DNA of 64,000 nucleotides from Octopus sinensis (taxonomy: Eukaryota), in the NCBI RefSeq assembly GCF_006345805.1, contig NW_021832718.1, positions 37,265-101,264 of the forward strand. The letters are read 5' to 3'. The position numbers and the translations under genes are program-made. This document shows positions 47,046 through 61,756 of the stretch, one piece after another. The notes beneath the pieces are model-generated. The model worked only from the letters and a program-made list of their open reading frames with translations. It was not told the DNA's origin and made no database searches. Position 1 is the first letter of the stretch; each line of letters starts with the position of its first letter.

Positions 47046-48022
47046 CAGGGGTTGGACAAAATAATGGAAACACCTAGCATCATAATTTTGAAATATCTAT
47101 AAAACCGTCTAAAGCTTGTTTATTTTTGTGTTTTGATTTATTATTAGTGTTGCTTAATGTTTTGCTAAAATTGCTGTTTCTTTTCAGATATCATCATAAA
47201 AAGGTAATTAAAATTCATTAAAAATGACAGATCTATCGGACTTTCAAAGAGGTCAAATTGTTGGTGCTCATATGGCAGGCACTAGCATAATGAAAACAGA
47301 CGAAATGTTTGGTGTATCAAGAAGTACTATCACAAAAGTAATGACAGCCTTTGAGAAAGAGGGAAAAACCTCCTTGTCAAAACAAAACTCTGGAAGAAAA
47401 TCAAAACTTTCAGATGGGGACCATCAGACACTTATGCGAATTGTTAGAGAGGATCACAACAGTACAGCTCCCAAAATTACTGCAGAGCTTAATGACTACC
47501 TTGAGAACCCAGTTTCCACAAAAACTGTTCGCCAGGAGCTGCATGGGAGGGCTGCAATCAGAAAACTACTACTTTCAAAAACAAACATTGCAAAGCATTT
47601 AGAGTGGAGTAAAAACCTACAGAATTGGTCCCTAGAGCAGTAGAAGAATGTTATTTTCTTTCAGTATGATAATGCACCAATTCACACAGCTAAAATTGTT
47701 ACTGAATGGCATGAGGAAAATTTTAGTGAAGTTGAACATCTCTGGCTACCACAGTCCCCAGAGCTCAATATTATTGAACATTTATGGTGAATTTTAAGAA
47801 AACAAGTAAGGAGTTGATATCGTTCACCATCATCACTACAAGAACTGGAGACTGATTTAGCTAAAGAATAGACAAAAATTTCTTTGCAAACAAATCAAAA
47901 TTTGTATGAGTCCATACCTCATAGAATTCAAGCTGTAAATACTGCCAAAAGCGGTCCTACCCCATATTAAAATAAATTTGTTAGAAATTTTAAGATGTTT
48001 CCATTATTTTGTCCAACCCCTG
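47046..48022 (+). mobile_element. Tc1-like transposon, internally deleted (977 bp)
   Basis: TIRs CAGGGGTTGGACAAAATAATGGAAAC at both ends with TA TSD; HTH ORF 47224-47643; jump from W.NVIF to FQYDNAPIH; later SPELNIIEHLW. Confidence 0.93.
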
Positions 48023-49424
48023 TATATAAGTATCTATATTCTTACATATAGCAATAGCAACACTATATACTTTTCTCCTTATTTTACAACTCTGTCTTGG
48101 TACTCTACCACTGTTCCGAGACATATTTTAATTTTGAATTGTATCTTATTTCAATTCACCCTATTTCATTACCAGCTGTATGTTTATTCAAAACTAAATA
48201 TTTTATAAATATCCCAACCAAATTTTGGTTTCTTCCTTAATTTTAGGTTTCTACTCTAACTCTTTAAGGCACACCCTACCCCTTACTAACTTCTTCCCTC
48301 TTTTTCTCCTTTTCTGTTATGTCTCTGCATGTCACATTCTAAGGTCAGCAGAATACTTCTGCTAGCTTACTTTCCACCCTTCTGTTTTTTTTGTGAAAGG
48401 AATGAGTTCCTTTGTTCAGGTGCTCCATTTGCTATAAAAATCTGCTGAATGGAGGGCTGGGCATGCTGTGGTTACTGATGTACAAACATGTGCTGAAGTT
48501 ATGACATCTCCAGTGCTTCCTTGATGGTGAGTAGGTGTGGTCATAGTTTTTCAGATGGGATTTTCCAGTTTGTCTCTTTGACTGAGCTGCAGTCTTGAAT
48601 CAAGCATAGACATAGAGTGTTGTCAGGTGCTCACAGTCCTCTGTCAATCAGGAAAAGCAGTCAGTGGAAGATCTACTCCGGCCTTCTATAGAGGGTTAGT
48701 GGCAGGCAAGTACAATGATGTTCTCGGGGAGATTCTGGGCGTTGGTGAGAATCAACTGGTCGGTCTGTTTCAAGTTTTTGGGCCAGGGCCTACGGATAAT
48801 TTCCAGAAATCCTTGACTTCGCAGTACTACCAGGGGGTAACTGGCAGGACTTCCAAGCGAAAGGAAGGAAGGTGGCAGGATTGTCTTTCTTTGCTCGGTA
48901 GCCTTAGCAAATGAGGTTATGTGGTGAACCATATTGAAAGGGCTGAAGACAGACACTTTCCTCTTTGGCCAAGCCTTCAACTTCTTAAGCTTAACTTGAA
49001 ATGGAAAGTGAGGGTGGAAAGGGAAGTGCTGCTTCCCCATAATTTTACTAAAAGGTGGGTGAATGTTGCAAGAATGGTCCAAGTGAATGGTCCAACTAAG
49101 CATGCACCTGTTAGTTGAAGGAGGACAATGTAAAGAGAGCACTTGTCCTAGTGGTCAGCACAATCCTGGTTTTTGTGGGATCTCCACAAGCAGCCCTAAG
49201 AAGTCTCCTTCTTTTGGGGAATTATTCATTGTTATAATTTACATTGAGATTGTTTTATTTTTTACATGCCTTTTATCTAACCCCACATTGTATTGTCCTG
49301 TACTGTCCCCAATGTTTTTGTGAACCCTTAGTGGTTAATGAACATTATCATTATTCATATTATTGTTATTGCCATTATTTATAATACTAGTATTACTGTC
49401 TTTATTATTATTAATAGTGGTATT

Positions 49425-49443
49425 ATTATTATTATTATTATTA

Positions 49444-49478
<35 letters not shown>
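49425..49478. repeat. (TTA)n microsatellite
   Basis: Seen directly. Confidence 0.9.
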
Positions 49479-49479
<1 letters not shown>

Positions 49480-49486
49480 CGTTGTT

Positions 49487-49945
49487 AAGGCAGAGAGCTA
49501 GCAGAATCATTAGCATGCCAGGCAAAATGCTTAGTGGTATCTCTTCCTGCCTTACAGTCTGAGTTCAAATTCCGCCCCGGTCGACTCTGTCTTCCATCCT
49601 ATTGGGGTTGATAAAATAAGTACCAGTCACACACTGGGGTCAATGTAATCAACTAGACCCCTACCCAAAATTTCAGGCCTTGTAGAAAGGATTATTATCA
49701 TTGCTATTGTCATTATTTATAATACTAGTATTATTGTCTTTATTATTAATAGTATCATTATTATTATCAAGGCAGTGAGCTGGCAGAATCGTTAGCATGC
49801 CAGGCAAAATGCTTTGTGTCTTTACATTCTGAGTTCAAATTCCATCAAGGTTGACTTTGCCTTTCATCCTTTCGAGGTCAATAAATTAAGTACCAGTGAA
49901 ACATTGGGATCAATATAATCAACTAGTCCATTCCCCCATAATTTA
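49487..49945 (+). mobile_element. Two tandem copies of a second tRNA-derived SINE family
   Basis: GGCAG.GAGCT.GCAGAATC.TTAGC...GAGTTCAAATTCC heads at about 49487 and 49780. Confidence 0.8.
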
Positions 49946-50499
49946 GTAGTAAGGATTATCCTTTTCCTATTATTAGTATTGCTATTGTTTTTAATTTCAT
50001 CCTTCTTTCCCTTTTAGCCTTTTTAATTTTGTCGCTTGTACTAAACTGAAATGATATTTCACCCATCAATTGTAATTTGATACTGGCGTCTGTCGGTTTA
50101 CTTGTAATTGTAAACACTAACTCACTTCTACCATTCAACTATTTGTTTAGCTTTCTCTTTCTTCTGCTTCTACCAATTCTCCATCTTTAACTTCTTAATG
50201 TTCTTGTCCTCTTTCGTCATCATTTTTTTCTTTCATCTCCTAACCATGCTTTTATTTACTTTTTGTTTCTTCCTGATATAAGCAAAATGCAAAGTCTGGC
50301 AGACACACCATGTAAAAGTGCACATTTGATAAAGGTCTGAGAAAGTGCTACTCTAATGTCTAAGATCACAAATATTACATAAATTTTCACTTTGAACTTT
50401 TGCATAAACTGGCATTCAAAGCAGAGTTGGTACAGAAAAGAGTTGGTACTGATCATTAAAGATGTGTCAAAGTCTTTCTTTCTCTTATTTGGATTATAT

Positions 50500-51800
50500 A
50501 TCATTATCATTTAACATCCATTTGTCCATGCCAATGTGTTGGACAGCTCAACAGGAGCTGGCAAGCCAGAGGACTACACAAAGCCTCACTGTCTGTTTTG
50601 GCATGGTTTTGTAACAGGATCTGGTATCGGTATCACTGAAAGGGTGTCGATCCGATCCTGTCACATACAATTTAGTAAGATATAACAGACGAAGTCAGGT
50701 TATCGGTGAAAGACAGCAGTTTGTTTATTAATTGCGATGGTGTACGTATATCTGATGGGAAAACGACAGCCGAATCTGTTGTACAGCTTCTTGTTCGTTG
50801 GTTGAAGTGGTTCGATGTCGTCCGCGGCTAAGTCGGTGTAATTATTAGAGTCTACGAATGCACGTCTGTTCACGAGGGCTGACGGCCAGAGAGAATGAAT
50901 CGAGTTTAGCGGGCCTTAGGGATCATTTCCCGCACATGCGCATGGGGAAGACTTCCGGTGGCCACCCGGAAGTAGTCCCATTCTGCGCATGCGCGCTGAA
51001 CCCTACACAGTAGCATCACTACAGTTTTTACAGCTGGATGCCTTTCCTTGCCAATCACTTTATAACGTGAACTGAATGCTTTTCACATGGCACCAGCACT
51101 GGTAAGGTCTACTTTGCATATGGCTTTTACAGCAGGATGCTCTTCCTAATGCCAACCACTTTACAATGTGGACAGAATGCTTTTTATGTGGCACCAACAC
51201 CAGTGAGGTTACCAAGTAACTTGCAAGACAAAAGTCCTCTGAGAGGTGGGATGGTATTGAAGGATGTCCCTTTGTGCCTGGTGATGAGGGATTAGAGTAT
51301 AAAAGAGGGTCAGAAGCAGGTGTCTTGCTGTAGAAGAGATATATGGTTACCATTGTTGGAGAGAGAGAGATAGAGAGAGTAATTGAGAATGAGGGAAAAC
51401 AAGAGTGGAAGAGAACGAGATTGAGAGAGATGGTGGTGATATGCCAGGAGATACTCTTAAGGTATAGAGATGAGAATACAAATTGGATGGTAGAGCATTG
51501 CTAAGGGTGCATGAGTAGAGAATTCATGAGAATGCAAAGCGGGGAGGGTGGAATGCAGCATCTAGTGAAACCTTGGTTATACAGAGTGGTTGGGTGGAGG
51601 GAAACAGGATCACAATGATACAGTGGGTGGGGCAGTGAGGACAGAACTGGGCTGCAGGAGTGAGGAAGAGGCGAAGGGGAGATGTAGTTTCGTTTATTAG
51701 GGTAAGGTGTGTGAAAAGCTTTTTAATGTTACATATGGGTGTAACACAGTACTTCTAGAATTCAGTTTTGCTGAGGTGGGTGGGTCTTCTCAAGAACCTC
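50500..51800 (-). mobile_element. RTE-related 3' fragment hosting the solo LTR
   Basis: CATTATCATTTAACATCC tail; GGCATGGTTT|TTACAGCTGGATGCC is split by the LTR. Boundaries approximate. Confidence 0.65.
50610..51023 (-). mobile_element. Solo LTR related to the Gypsy LTRs at 2111 and 7020
   Basis: TGTAACA...ACTACA, 414 bp, flanked by the 4-bp TSD GTTT (50606-50609 and 51024-51027); colinear with but clearly diverged from the paired LTRs. Confidence 0.93.
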
Positions 51801-52098
51801 ATAAAACCAGACATCTCAGTCTGTGAAGCCTAACATCTTGTAATCAGTCCTCACTACTTCATCCCATGTCTTCTTCCATATTTGCCATCAACTTTAAATG
51901 ATTGACACTTCTTTATCTCTATTACACTTTATTGTACATGCACATTTATGTTACATGTGCATTACAACATACTAGCTTCATTACTCTCGAGTTTATGCAT
52001 GTCTTCTGCATTTAGAGTCCCTGTCCCACTACAATGAAGTACAACCGTTCATACACAAGCATCATACAATCTGCTTTACATTACACACACACATACAT

Positions 52099-52131
<33 letters not shown>

Positions 52132-52933
52132 AATAATCAAACATATTACTAAAAGAAATTTGGCAATGTGTTTAACACTTGTGATTTGAAATGAAATTTT
52201 TCTCTCCATCATCATTTAACATCCATATCCCATGCTGGCAGGGGTTGGACAGTTTGACAGAAGTAGATATGCCAGAAGACTATGCCAAACTCAAATGTCT
52301 GCTTTAGCATGATTTTTACAGCTTGATACCCTTTCTAATACCAGCCACTTTACAGTGTGTACAGGGTGCTTTCATGCAGCACTGACAGTGAAGTTTCTAG
52401 GTAACTCACAAGACAAGACCCCTAAATTGAGGGTGTGCAGTATTGAGGGAGATAAGAAGGCTTCCCGAAGGAAAAAAAAAAAAAACAGGGTATAGCTGGG
52501 TCTAATCTACTCCCAAATGATGGAAATCATTACTGCAATGTCTGCAACTGTAGAAAACAAGCCAAAAATGTAATATACAAGTGAGAGACATGGTATTCTG
52601 ATTTGTCTAAGAGGACATAAATAAGAACTGACTCAGAGTTGGCTAACCCATCCAACCCACACAAGCATACAATTGACACTGGTGAGAATACAGTTTCTAA
52701 AATGGATAAAGAAATTCGAAGGATTGTTTTCATACAACAGTAGAATGCTTGTCATGTCTACAGGAGATGTGGGTTCGATTCATAGGGGCAGCCTTTGATT
52801 TTTCCTATCAAAAAAGGGTTTTTCAACCCAATATTTATATGATATTACTTATAGTTTTAGGTGTACTTCAAGAACCAATTCCTAAAAAGAGTTATTCCAT
52901 GTTATCTAGAAACTTTATAAATTCTTATGATGT

Positions 52934-52940
<7 letters not shown>

Positions 52941-52997
<57 letters not shown>
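52941..52997. repeat. (TA)n microsatellite
   Basis: Seen directly. Confidence 0.95.
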
Positions 52998-53000
<3 letters not shown>

Positions 53001-53534
53001 GGCATCCATAAAGTTAGTATATAGTTAGACTGAAGAAAATATGACTTCAGTTGCTGAGGTATATGTAAGAAGCCCAAAGAAATCAATTCACAGTGGTAGT
53101 TCAGAAATTGGTATCAAACAACATCATTACATAAAATATTTACAAAACTCAATATGAAACTTTACATTCCGCGCCTAATTCACGGACTTCTGAAGGATGA
53201 TCCTGATCACAGGTCTCAATTTTTTGAACAGTTTGTAAGTCAAGGAAACCAAGTTTGTAAATCAGAGGAAGCCAAGAAGTATTGAAGCTCTTCGGCAGTA
53301 CATTATTGATACATTTGCTAACCTTCATCCAAACTTGTGTACCAAAGTTTGTCACAGCGTGCTTTTACTTTGTTGAGAATGCATTGAAGCTAATGGCTTA
53401 CATTTTGAACATTTATCATAACTGTAGTAAATAAAATTGATTGCTTATATTGTTACGATATTTTCTGAAAATCTTTTTAGTCTAATCATATTTCTTTATT
53501 ACAAATAACTGTATAGTAATTTATGGACATCCTG
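52998..53534. mobile_element. Tc1/mariner-derived non-autonomous element
   Basis: Imperfect TIRs CAGGGCATCCATAAA / TTTATGGACATCCTG; left end in a TA run. Confidence 0.65.
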
Positions 53535-55791
53535 TGTGTATGTGTGTGTGTTGTGTGTGTATGTATATGTGTGTGTGTTTATCCCACATCACTGCTGGTG
53601 TTGGTTTGTTTACATCCCCATAATTTAGTAGTTTGACAACAGTAAGAGATAGAATAAGTAACAGACTTAAAAATAAGAATTGGGGTCAATTTGATCCACT
53701 AAATTCTTGAAGGTGGTACCCCAGCATGGTCACAATCCAATGACTGTAAAAGATAGCTATATTGATTATTTCCCTTACGTAATTTTGTTCGGAGTGCTTC
53801 CATTGGTGCATCAACATCAGAGAAAATATGTTTAAGACAGGAAGTAAATCAGTGATAGTCAGTGTTACCATTTCTTTTGTTTTAGGGAGAGAACCACTGG
53901 CATAATTAATTAAGTTCTAGTTTAGCAAATCAAGAACACTTGATGATTGTTGGAAAATCAAACGAGTTGGATTAGTTATCTGTCATTTTAAGAGGCCTAC
54001 TTGAGAAGCCACTTAATTATATGGAATTAGAGAGTCATAAAAGAATTTAGCAGTCAACTGAAGTAAAAATTTCCATCATAACCATTACATTGTGCTTCTC
54101 ATAGGATGCATTTCTCGCTCCACCACCACCGCCAGTGAATCTCACAATAAATAACATTCTTTTCTTTCGTTTCACCATATCGCTGGCAGGATGGATGAAT
54201 GAGTGCTATACCCAATCAAAGGTATTTTACCTACTTTCAATTATTGGATTGCAGCTATCATGGGGCACAGCTTTCAAGAGTCTTTGATGATCATATTGAT
54301 CCCAGTAATTACTTTAGAGACTTAAGGGAACTTTTAACTCAACACACAGGTTTAGCCGACAGTGGTTGTAAAAACATGAAAGTACTTGTGAAAATACAAA
54401 AACCACAAAAGTTCTAAATAGTGAAAATCTGGCTGTGTTGGAGTTCTTGGACTTGTCTGATGAATATTCAAACAGTTTCTATCAACCAAATGTCATTCAT
54501 AAAAATGACAAAGAAAAGACACTTGTCTATGATACTGTACTGCAGGACCAAACCTAAAACCATGGGACTGCAAAGCAAATTCTTTATCCATACAACCATA
54601 AATGTACAAATGAAAGCTTATAATAAATAATATAAGTCATGTATCTAGATGAAAACATTAGCCACACCTATGAAGTGGCTGTGCCAACTGAAAATTAAAA
54701 TAGCCTAGAAAATTTCAGAAGTGGCTGTTGCACCACTGCACTGACTGTAAACTCACTATCACACACATACAATGACTGTGCTGGTCATCAATAGTGGTAT
54801 AATTATGAGAAACAAGTTTTTATAAAATGCAGATTAAAATAGACATCTTATGTAGATAGATTCCGATTAAAAAGAAAAACTTGATCCTGTAACATTTTTA
54901 ATTTTCTTAAACCTTCACTTAATATAAATAAAGAGGAATAGCATGGAGTTTAACAAATTCACTGACATCAATTATTAAGAGCTTAAAGCTCTTCAAGTTA
55001 ACTGAATGAAAACAAATATTTTTTCCATAGAACTATGATCCACTGAAGTAAAAAGGATGTCTTACAATCTTGTAGAGGAGCTTAGAATTAAGTTGAAATG
55101 AAATCAGAAGTCCAGAATTGAAATCTTCTCCTTATGTGACTGACAGATATGATAGATAGGGCAGACATACAATCAGTGTTGCTGTATGAGAATAAAACTT
55201 AGTCACTCAAAATAATATGAAGTGGGAACCAGAAATACAGGTTGAACAATACAAAGGGAGGATTTTTACAAAAAGGCAGCTGAGTTATCAAGTGACAAAT
55301 AAATAAACTTGATAGTAAATTGGATAGAACAGGACCTGTTCTGAATCTCTACACTCCGGACAGGTTGCTTTGTGGTATCTGTTCTGGCCTTTAGGGTCCT
55401 TGACATTAAAGCCTGTAATGACACTGGGTGCCAAGTCATAATGGTCAAAAGGCAAAAACCTTTCCCTTGCACAACATCTGTAGCATAGAGAGAGGAGACT
55501 TACATGCATGGATAACTGTCAGTCTTCTACTTGAAAGAAAAAAAAAACTTGCCAATATATCCATACATATATATGCAGATCCAGAGTCAACTGTGGCCAA
55601 AGGAGTTCCTAGTTATAAAACAAATCAGCCAAAGGGCGCAGGTTAGATGAAGTGGTTGGTATGGATGTGTAATGTGAATCAAGTATACAAACTCATAGCC
55701 ACATATTATGAAGGACAGGTTTCCAACAGCTTCATCACCGGTTCATTGCATTTGTGACAGGGAATATTACAACAGATTGTAATTCAATGTA

Positions 55792-56132
55792 TAGGGTGGT
55801 CCAAAAGTCTTGTCACCCACTATCAAAAAGTAACATGAACAACAGAGGAACAATATAATAATATCAAACACATATACTGGTTTTAGTATATTCACTTTCA
55901 TTGACACTGACATTGTCACACATCAAGAAGATCTATATAAACACCATCACTTTTATGGTACAAAATGATGCAGCACCATGTTCTGTGCTTTGGTAATAGT
56001 TGCAAAGGTTGCCAAAACAGCATCCTTCAACTGTCAGGTATTCTGGTATAGCTCTTGTGAAACTCTCTCCTTGATAATAGAAAATTAAAAAACAATATTT
56101 ACAGGTGGTGACAAGACTTTTGGACCAGTCCG
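55792..56132. mobile_element. Tc1/mariner MITE (341 bp)
   Basis: TIR core TGGTCCAAAAGTCTTGTCACC exactly inverted at both ends; TA flanks. Confidence 0.8.
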
Positions 56133-56214
56133 TAGAACAAATATCCCAAAGGAGTGAGGTGGGAGCAATGTATATATCCCTCCCCAATATACATTGGCAA
56201 AAGCTCTACATATA

Positions 56215-56433
56215 TATTTCTTTACTACCCACAAGGGGCTAAACATAGAGGGGACAAACAAAGGGATTAAGTCGATTATATTGACCCCAGTGCGTAACTG
56301 GTACTTAATTTATCGACCCCGAAAGGATGAAAGGCAAAGTCGACCTCGGCGGAATTTGAACCCAGAACACTCGACAACAGACGGAATACGGCTACACATT
56401 TCGCCCTGCGTGCTAACGATTCTGCCAGCTCTA
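56215..56433 (-). mobile_element. Young tRNA-derived SINE (second family)
   Basis: CpG-rich reverse-complement copy of the family at 49487. Confidence 0.85.
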
Positions 56434-58709
56434 CATATAACCACACGAGGGGCTACTGCTCAGTTCCCTCTCTACCAAATTCCATTCATAAAGTACTGAT
56501 TAACAAGAAGCTACAGTAAAAGTACTTGTCCAAGGTACCATGCAATGGCATTAAACACAGGATTATGAGATTGTGAAGCAAGTTTCTTAACTACACAAAA
56601 ACATGTCTGCACCCAAACATAAAATAAACCAAATAACTGATAAAACTGACCAGACAACAAGTTTACGTATCTATCCATCCATCCATCTATCTATCTATCT
56701 CACACACACAAACTATAGATCAACTTGTGAAAATATTGTATCATTTATATTTATCATTCCTTTTCCTTGTTTCAGTCATTAGACAGCAATCATGCCGAGG
56801 TATCACCTTGAAGGGTTTACCCAAACAAATCAACTCCAGAACTCATATCTTTTGCTGAATTGCTAAGTTACAAGGATGTAAACAAATCAACATTCATTGT
56901 AAAATAGTGGAGGGGAGAGATACAAAATGTACATACACACACACATACATGATGTACTTCAACACAGTTTCTATTTACCAAATTCACTAACATTTTCCTA
57001 AGGTGCTTTGAAGTGAGACTGAACCTGAAATCATGTGGTTGCAAAGCAAGCTTCTTAACCACACAGCCATACTTCTGAATATGAAGAAACAAATGTATTC
57101 AGTTAACATCTCTGAAAGTACAGGACAACAAAATCAGACAATGTAAGAAAACCCTCAAGTAAGCCAGCAGTAGATCATATTGCAATTTTGATATATATAT
57201 CAGTGTATTTTATGATATACATATGTGTGTGTGTGTGTGTGCCTGTGAGTTCATAGGTAATACAAGTTTTCTTAATGCTGGAATGCATCTGAATGAGTTT
57301 GCCATATGGACTTCTGTTTCATTTTAGCTAAATCTAGTTAACATCTTAACTATGAAACCCAGCCTTTTAACTCACTCTCAATTAACTGCCTCATTCTTCC
57401 TCACCCTGAGTCATGCATTATATATTAATAACATGCTAAGCTACTCACATACACGATTGTTGTTATTCTATCTCAACTGTTGTACTTAGGTATACACCTA
57501 AGTTCTTGTGAACAATGTCATCTGCATCAGTTTTAGATTCCATTGAGAACTGTTTTTGCACAGAATACAAATTACATCAGGAATGACTACAACAAAACCT
57601 CTAAATAATATTGGTTTCAAATTTTGGCACAAGACCAGCATTTTTGAGGTGGGGGATGTCAGTTACATCAACCCCAGTTCTCGACTGGTCTTTATTTTAC
57701 TGACCCCCAAAACAATGAAATACAAAGTCAACCTCAGCAGAATTTGAACTCAGAACATAAAGATCAACAAAATGTTGCTAAGCATTTTGCCTAGTGTGCT
57801 AACAATTCTGTCTGCTTGCTGCCCTATAATTTCTAAATAATATTACAATTGCTGTGTAGCAGACCAATCCAACCCATGCCAGCATGGAAATCATCATCGT
57901 TTAACATCCACTTTACCATGCTTGCATGGGTCAGACAAAATATGTTGTGGCAAAATTTCTAAGGTCCTTCCTTTATGGAAGATTAAATGAACATGTATGA
58001 TGGTGATACTCATTTACAACCATGTGATGTCAAGATAAGGGTATGTATGCACACACACAACAGGCCATTTCTATTTTCTGCCTACCGAATCCATTCACAA
58101 AGTTTCGGTTGGCTGCCCAAGCTGCTACATAATGAAATTGAACTTGAGACCACATGGTTAGGAAGCAAGATCCTTAACCACACAGCAATGCTGGTGCCTA
58201 TTATAATATTGATGATGCTGCTGATTGTAACAACTTTTGAACAAAGTCACAATGAAAAAACATCTTAGAGGGTGGTGGTTGCTTGACATTTTATTCATTC
58301 TACAGCCAAGTTTCAATTCCAATAATCATTGATACTTTTGAGAAAGACATGAACATCATGGCATCATCATCATTTGGCTGGTATGTAGTGCAGCCATTCA
58401 TGGTTTCAATTCTTATTTGAAACTGTTTAACATATATAACTGATACCTTTTGGAAAGGCATGAATGCCATAACATATATTTCACCTATGTTGTGAAAAAG
58501 CTTCTAGATGGTCACTTGACCTGCTAAATGTAGCAGTGAAATTTTCACTCAATTCACACTTTATTGTATTCGGTAAATAAATGACATCAAATAATGTAAT
58601 CCTACTAACTTGGATGGTCACCTAGAGTACCTTTGGATCAGGGGCTTGTCCAATCACGTTAAACAACATAAAAACTTGTTTTTATGTAAATAAGAAAAAC
58701 AATTCACCA

Positions 58710-58835
58710 CCACTACTATAGTCACTCCCTACTTACCTTACCACCACTATAGCCACCCCTTCTTACTCCCCACCACCATAGTCACCTCCTACCACATCAT
58801 CACAGCTATAGTCACCTCCTACTTATCCTACCACC
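58710..58835. repeat. Degenerate ~28-30-bp minisatellite (CCACCACTATAGTCACCTCCTAC)
   Basis: About four imperfect units seen. Confidence 0.6.
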
Positions 58836-59589
58836 TTTTTTTAAAATTTTATTTTTCCTGCTTAAAGTTAGAAACTGTCAGAAAGTAAGAAGAAAACAAA
58901 CTGGTTTGCTGAGTAAGAACAACCAGCTTAACCTACATCACTGCTGATGTAGGTGTTTGGTTACTACCAGCATAGATGTGATTGGTCATAGTGTAGGGCT
59001 AGACAACACTACACTCAACACCAGGCTGGTTAGTATGTGTTCTCAGCATAAATTAACTCCATTTTGTCATCGCACAAGCGGCACAAGAGAAACGAGTCTG
59101 TCATATCCTACAAATATTAGACAGGTTTGCGACACTCACTGGGCGGGGCTCTAAAAGTGCTTGCAGCCTATTTCTGCTAACAATAAAAACCATAGAAATT
59201 TGTTGATTTTATGGTTTTTGTGGCTTTTCCACCCATCATTATACAAACACAAACTTACAGAGTGGGTTGTTAAATTTTTTTCATTCAATCATTTAAACAG
59301 ACTGAATGCTTCTAATAAAAAAAAACGGACAATGCACAAAAGGAACAACAGCTGCAGCAGGATATCCAAAGTCGAGTGGGCACCTATTTTTTTTATTACT
59401 CATACAAAACCCCTTTCTTCTGAATTTAAGTCAATATAACAGTTATCTCAGCAGTCACATGAAAAAAAAAAAAAAAAAAACTGAATCTAAACTATCTCAA
59501 TATTTAAAGTTTTGTAGAAGTGTGTGGTTTAACCCTTTAGCATTCAGATTAAGTTAAGTTAATTTTTTGGCTCAAAAAGCAAAAAGCAA

Positions 59590-59850
59590 GGCCATGTAGG
59601 GGGACATGGAGTTATGTACAGGGTGGTGTTCATGCCATTTCTGGTCAAGAGAGACTTTGAACCGAGCGGTTGTCGGCATCTTCACTATCTCGTCTGGCAG
59701 CTTATTCCACGGATCCGCAAACCGGACGGAGAAAGCCCCTCTCCTTCGATTGAGATGAAATCGCTGCAGATAGAGCTTTTTGGAGTGATCCTGCAGCTGA
59801 CGCTCTGGAGCAGGAGTGAAGAACAGCTCCTTTGAGAGGTTACACTTTCC
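59590..59850 (-). mobile_element. CR1-clade LINE 3' fragment
   Basis: Minus strand RVADPWNKLPDEIVKMPTTARFKVSLDQKW, typical of the CR1 ORF2 end. Confidence 0.75.
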
Positions 59851-60999
59851 GCTAATGATGTTACTGTGAAATGTAATGCATATTTATTTGCATTGTTTTG
59901 AATTAATCACGCATTATTTGTAGGTTTGAGATATTGATGGTGTGGTTGTCTATTTTAAAAATCTGGTAGGTGTGAGAGGCAAGATCTAGCCAGTTTGAAC
60001 AAAACACAGGTAGAATATTTTAGCCAGATATGGTCAGTTTAAATGCTAAAGAGTTAACCAGATGAGGAAGGGCACAGTCTTTGATTTTTTTTTTTTTTGT
60101 AGGGTACCTAAAACTGGAGGAGGGGTAGAAATAAAAACCCATGGGTCATAGTTTGCAGCAAACACATCAAGATATCCTTAAACCGGGGACTTATTCTGAA
60201 TGCTTGCAGCAGAATGGACTGCACTAAAGGTATCCAGGTTGTGAGATGGTGGTCCTGGTATTCTTAAACTGGAGAAACTTAAAACTGAAGCACATAAACC
60301 AATGAGGGAACCTCTTTGTGGTTGCTTGACATGCTGGAAATAATAGCTAAATCTTTCTCAATGCTTCACTACCTTAAAAGGAAAGGACACACCAGGTAAT
60401 GTAGTCCTAATTAGATGGAATGATCAGGATTAGAACAATTTTCAACATGGGGTTGCTCAATCTTCTCTGGGGTAATTATTACTTAGTCAGTGCAGACCTG
60501 GGGCTAATTAACAAATATAAAACACAAACTCAAACAGAAACTTTTTTATAAGCAGCTACGGAACTTACATGCTCAATAATAAAAATTAAAAAATAATTCT
60601 TTCTACTAAAGGTACTAGGCCTGAAATATTTTTAGGAGAGGGGACTAGTCAATTACATCAACTCCAATTCTCAACTGGTAGTCATTTAATTGACCCCCAA
60701 AAAGATGAAAGGCACTATCAACTTTAGCAACATTTGAACTCAAAACATAAAACTGGAAAAAATACAGCTAAGCAGTTTGTCTGGCATAATAATGATTCTG
60801 CCAGCTTGCTAGCACAATACCACATATTTTGAGGGAGGATGCTGGCTTCAATATACTTCAATATATGTCTTCTGTTTATTTTACCGACTCTATAAAAACA
60901 AAAAGTCAAGACATTTCCAGCGTGATTTGAACTCAGTACCTAGAGTGATATAACTAATATTGCATGTTTGGTCAAAATAGATCTATTTTACTGCAGTAA

Positions 61000-61375
61000 C
61001 ACTGATCCCAAGGACCAGTTGAAAAGTTCATTGGCTAACTAAGATACTCTCATGGAATGTGATCAAATGGGATTTATTTTTCAACATAGTCCCTCTTGTG
61101 CTCCACACACTTCTTCCATCAACATTGCAGTGTTTGGATCCCATTAGTGAAGAAGTTTTCATCCAGTTAATAAAAAAAAGTCAACAGCAGATATGACATT
61201 ATCATCACTGTGATACTGGTTCCCAGCCAAGTAATTTTCAATTTGGGGAACAAATGATTGTCAGATGGATCCAAATCAATAGAATAGGATCAAGAGAATA
61301 GGGATGGTGATCAACCAGTTCATAGCCAGAATCATGCACAATAGCCACTGAAACCAAGGACTTGTATGCACTAGC
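61000..61375 (-). mobile_element. Mariner 3' fragment
   Basis: Degraded LAGNQYHSDDNVISAVDFF C-terminus followed by a TIR-like end. Boundaries approximate. Confidence 0.55.
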
Positions 61376-61756
61376 CATCCATGGCCCCTTTAATGGTTTG
61401 GCTTTTTGTTCTCATATATGGTCTCATATATGAAGATTTATGGGTTTAGGGTGTAGTTCTTTATGTGGGGAGGGAGAGGGAAGAACAGGGTTGATGTACG
61501 TGTGAGCATCTGATCGTGCACAGTTGTGTGGTCTAGGAGGCATATTTGTGTGGTTGAGTCAGTTCAGTGAGTAAGTAAGTATGTTTGTATGTATGTATTA
61601 TCAGAGTGTATTCCAGCATGTGTGTGTGTGCATATCTGGCAGTTTTTTAAAGAAGCAAGAATCTGTGTGTATGCTTGCATGTATGTGTGTGGTTGTGTTC
61701 CTCTGTGTGTTTATGTGCGCATGTGTATAGGAACTGTTCACACCTATATACTCCTT

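Noticed and set aside
48560-49200. ORFs of 95-148 aa in a GC-richer block
   Set aside because: Probably a decayed retroelement, but no motif could be assigned with confidence.
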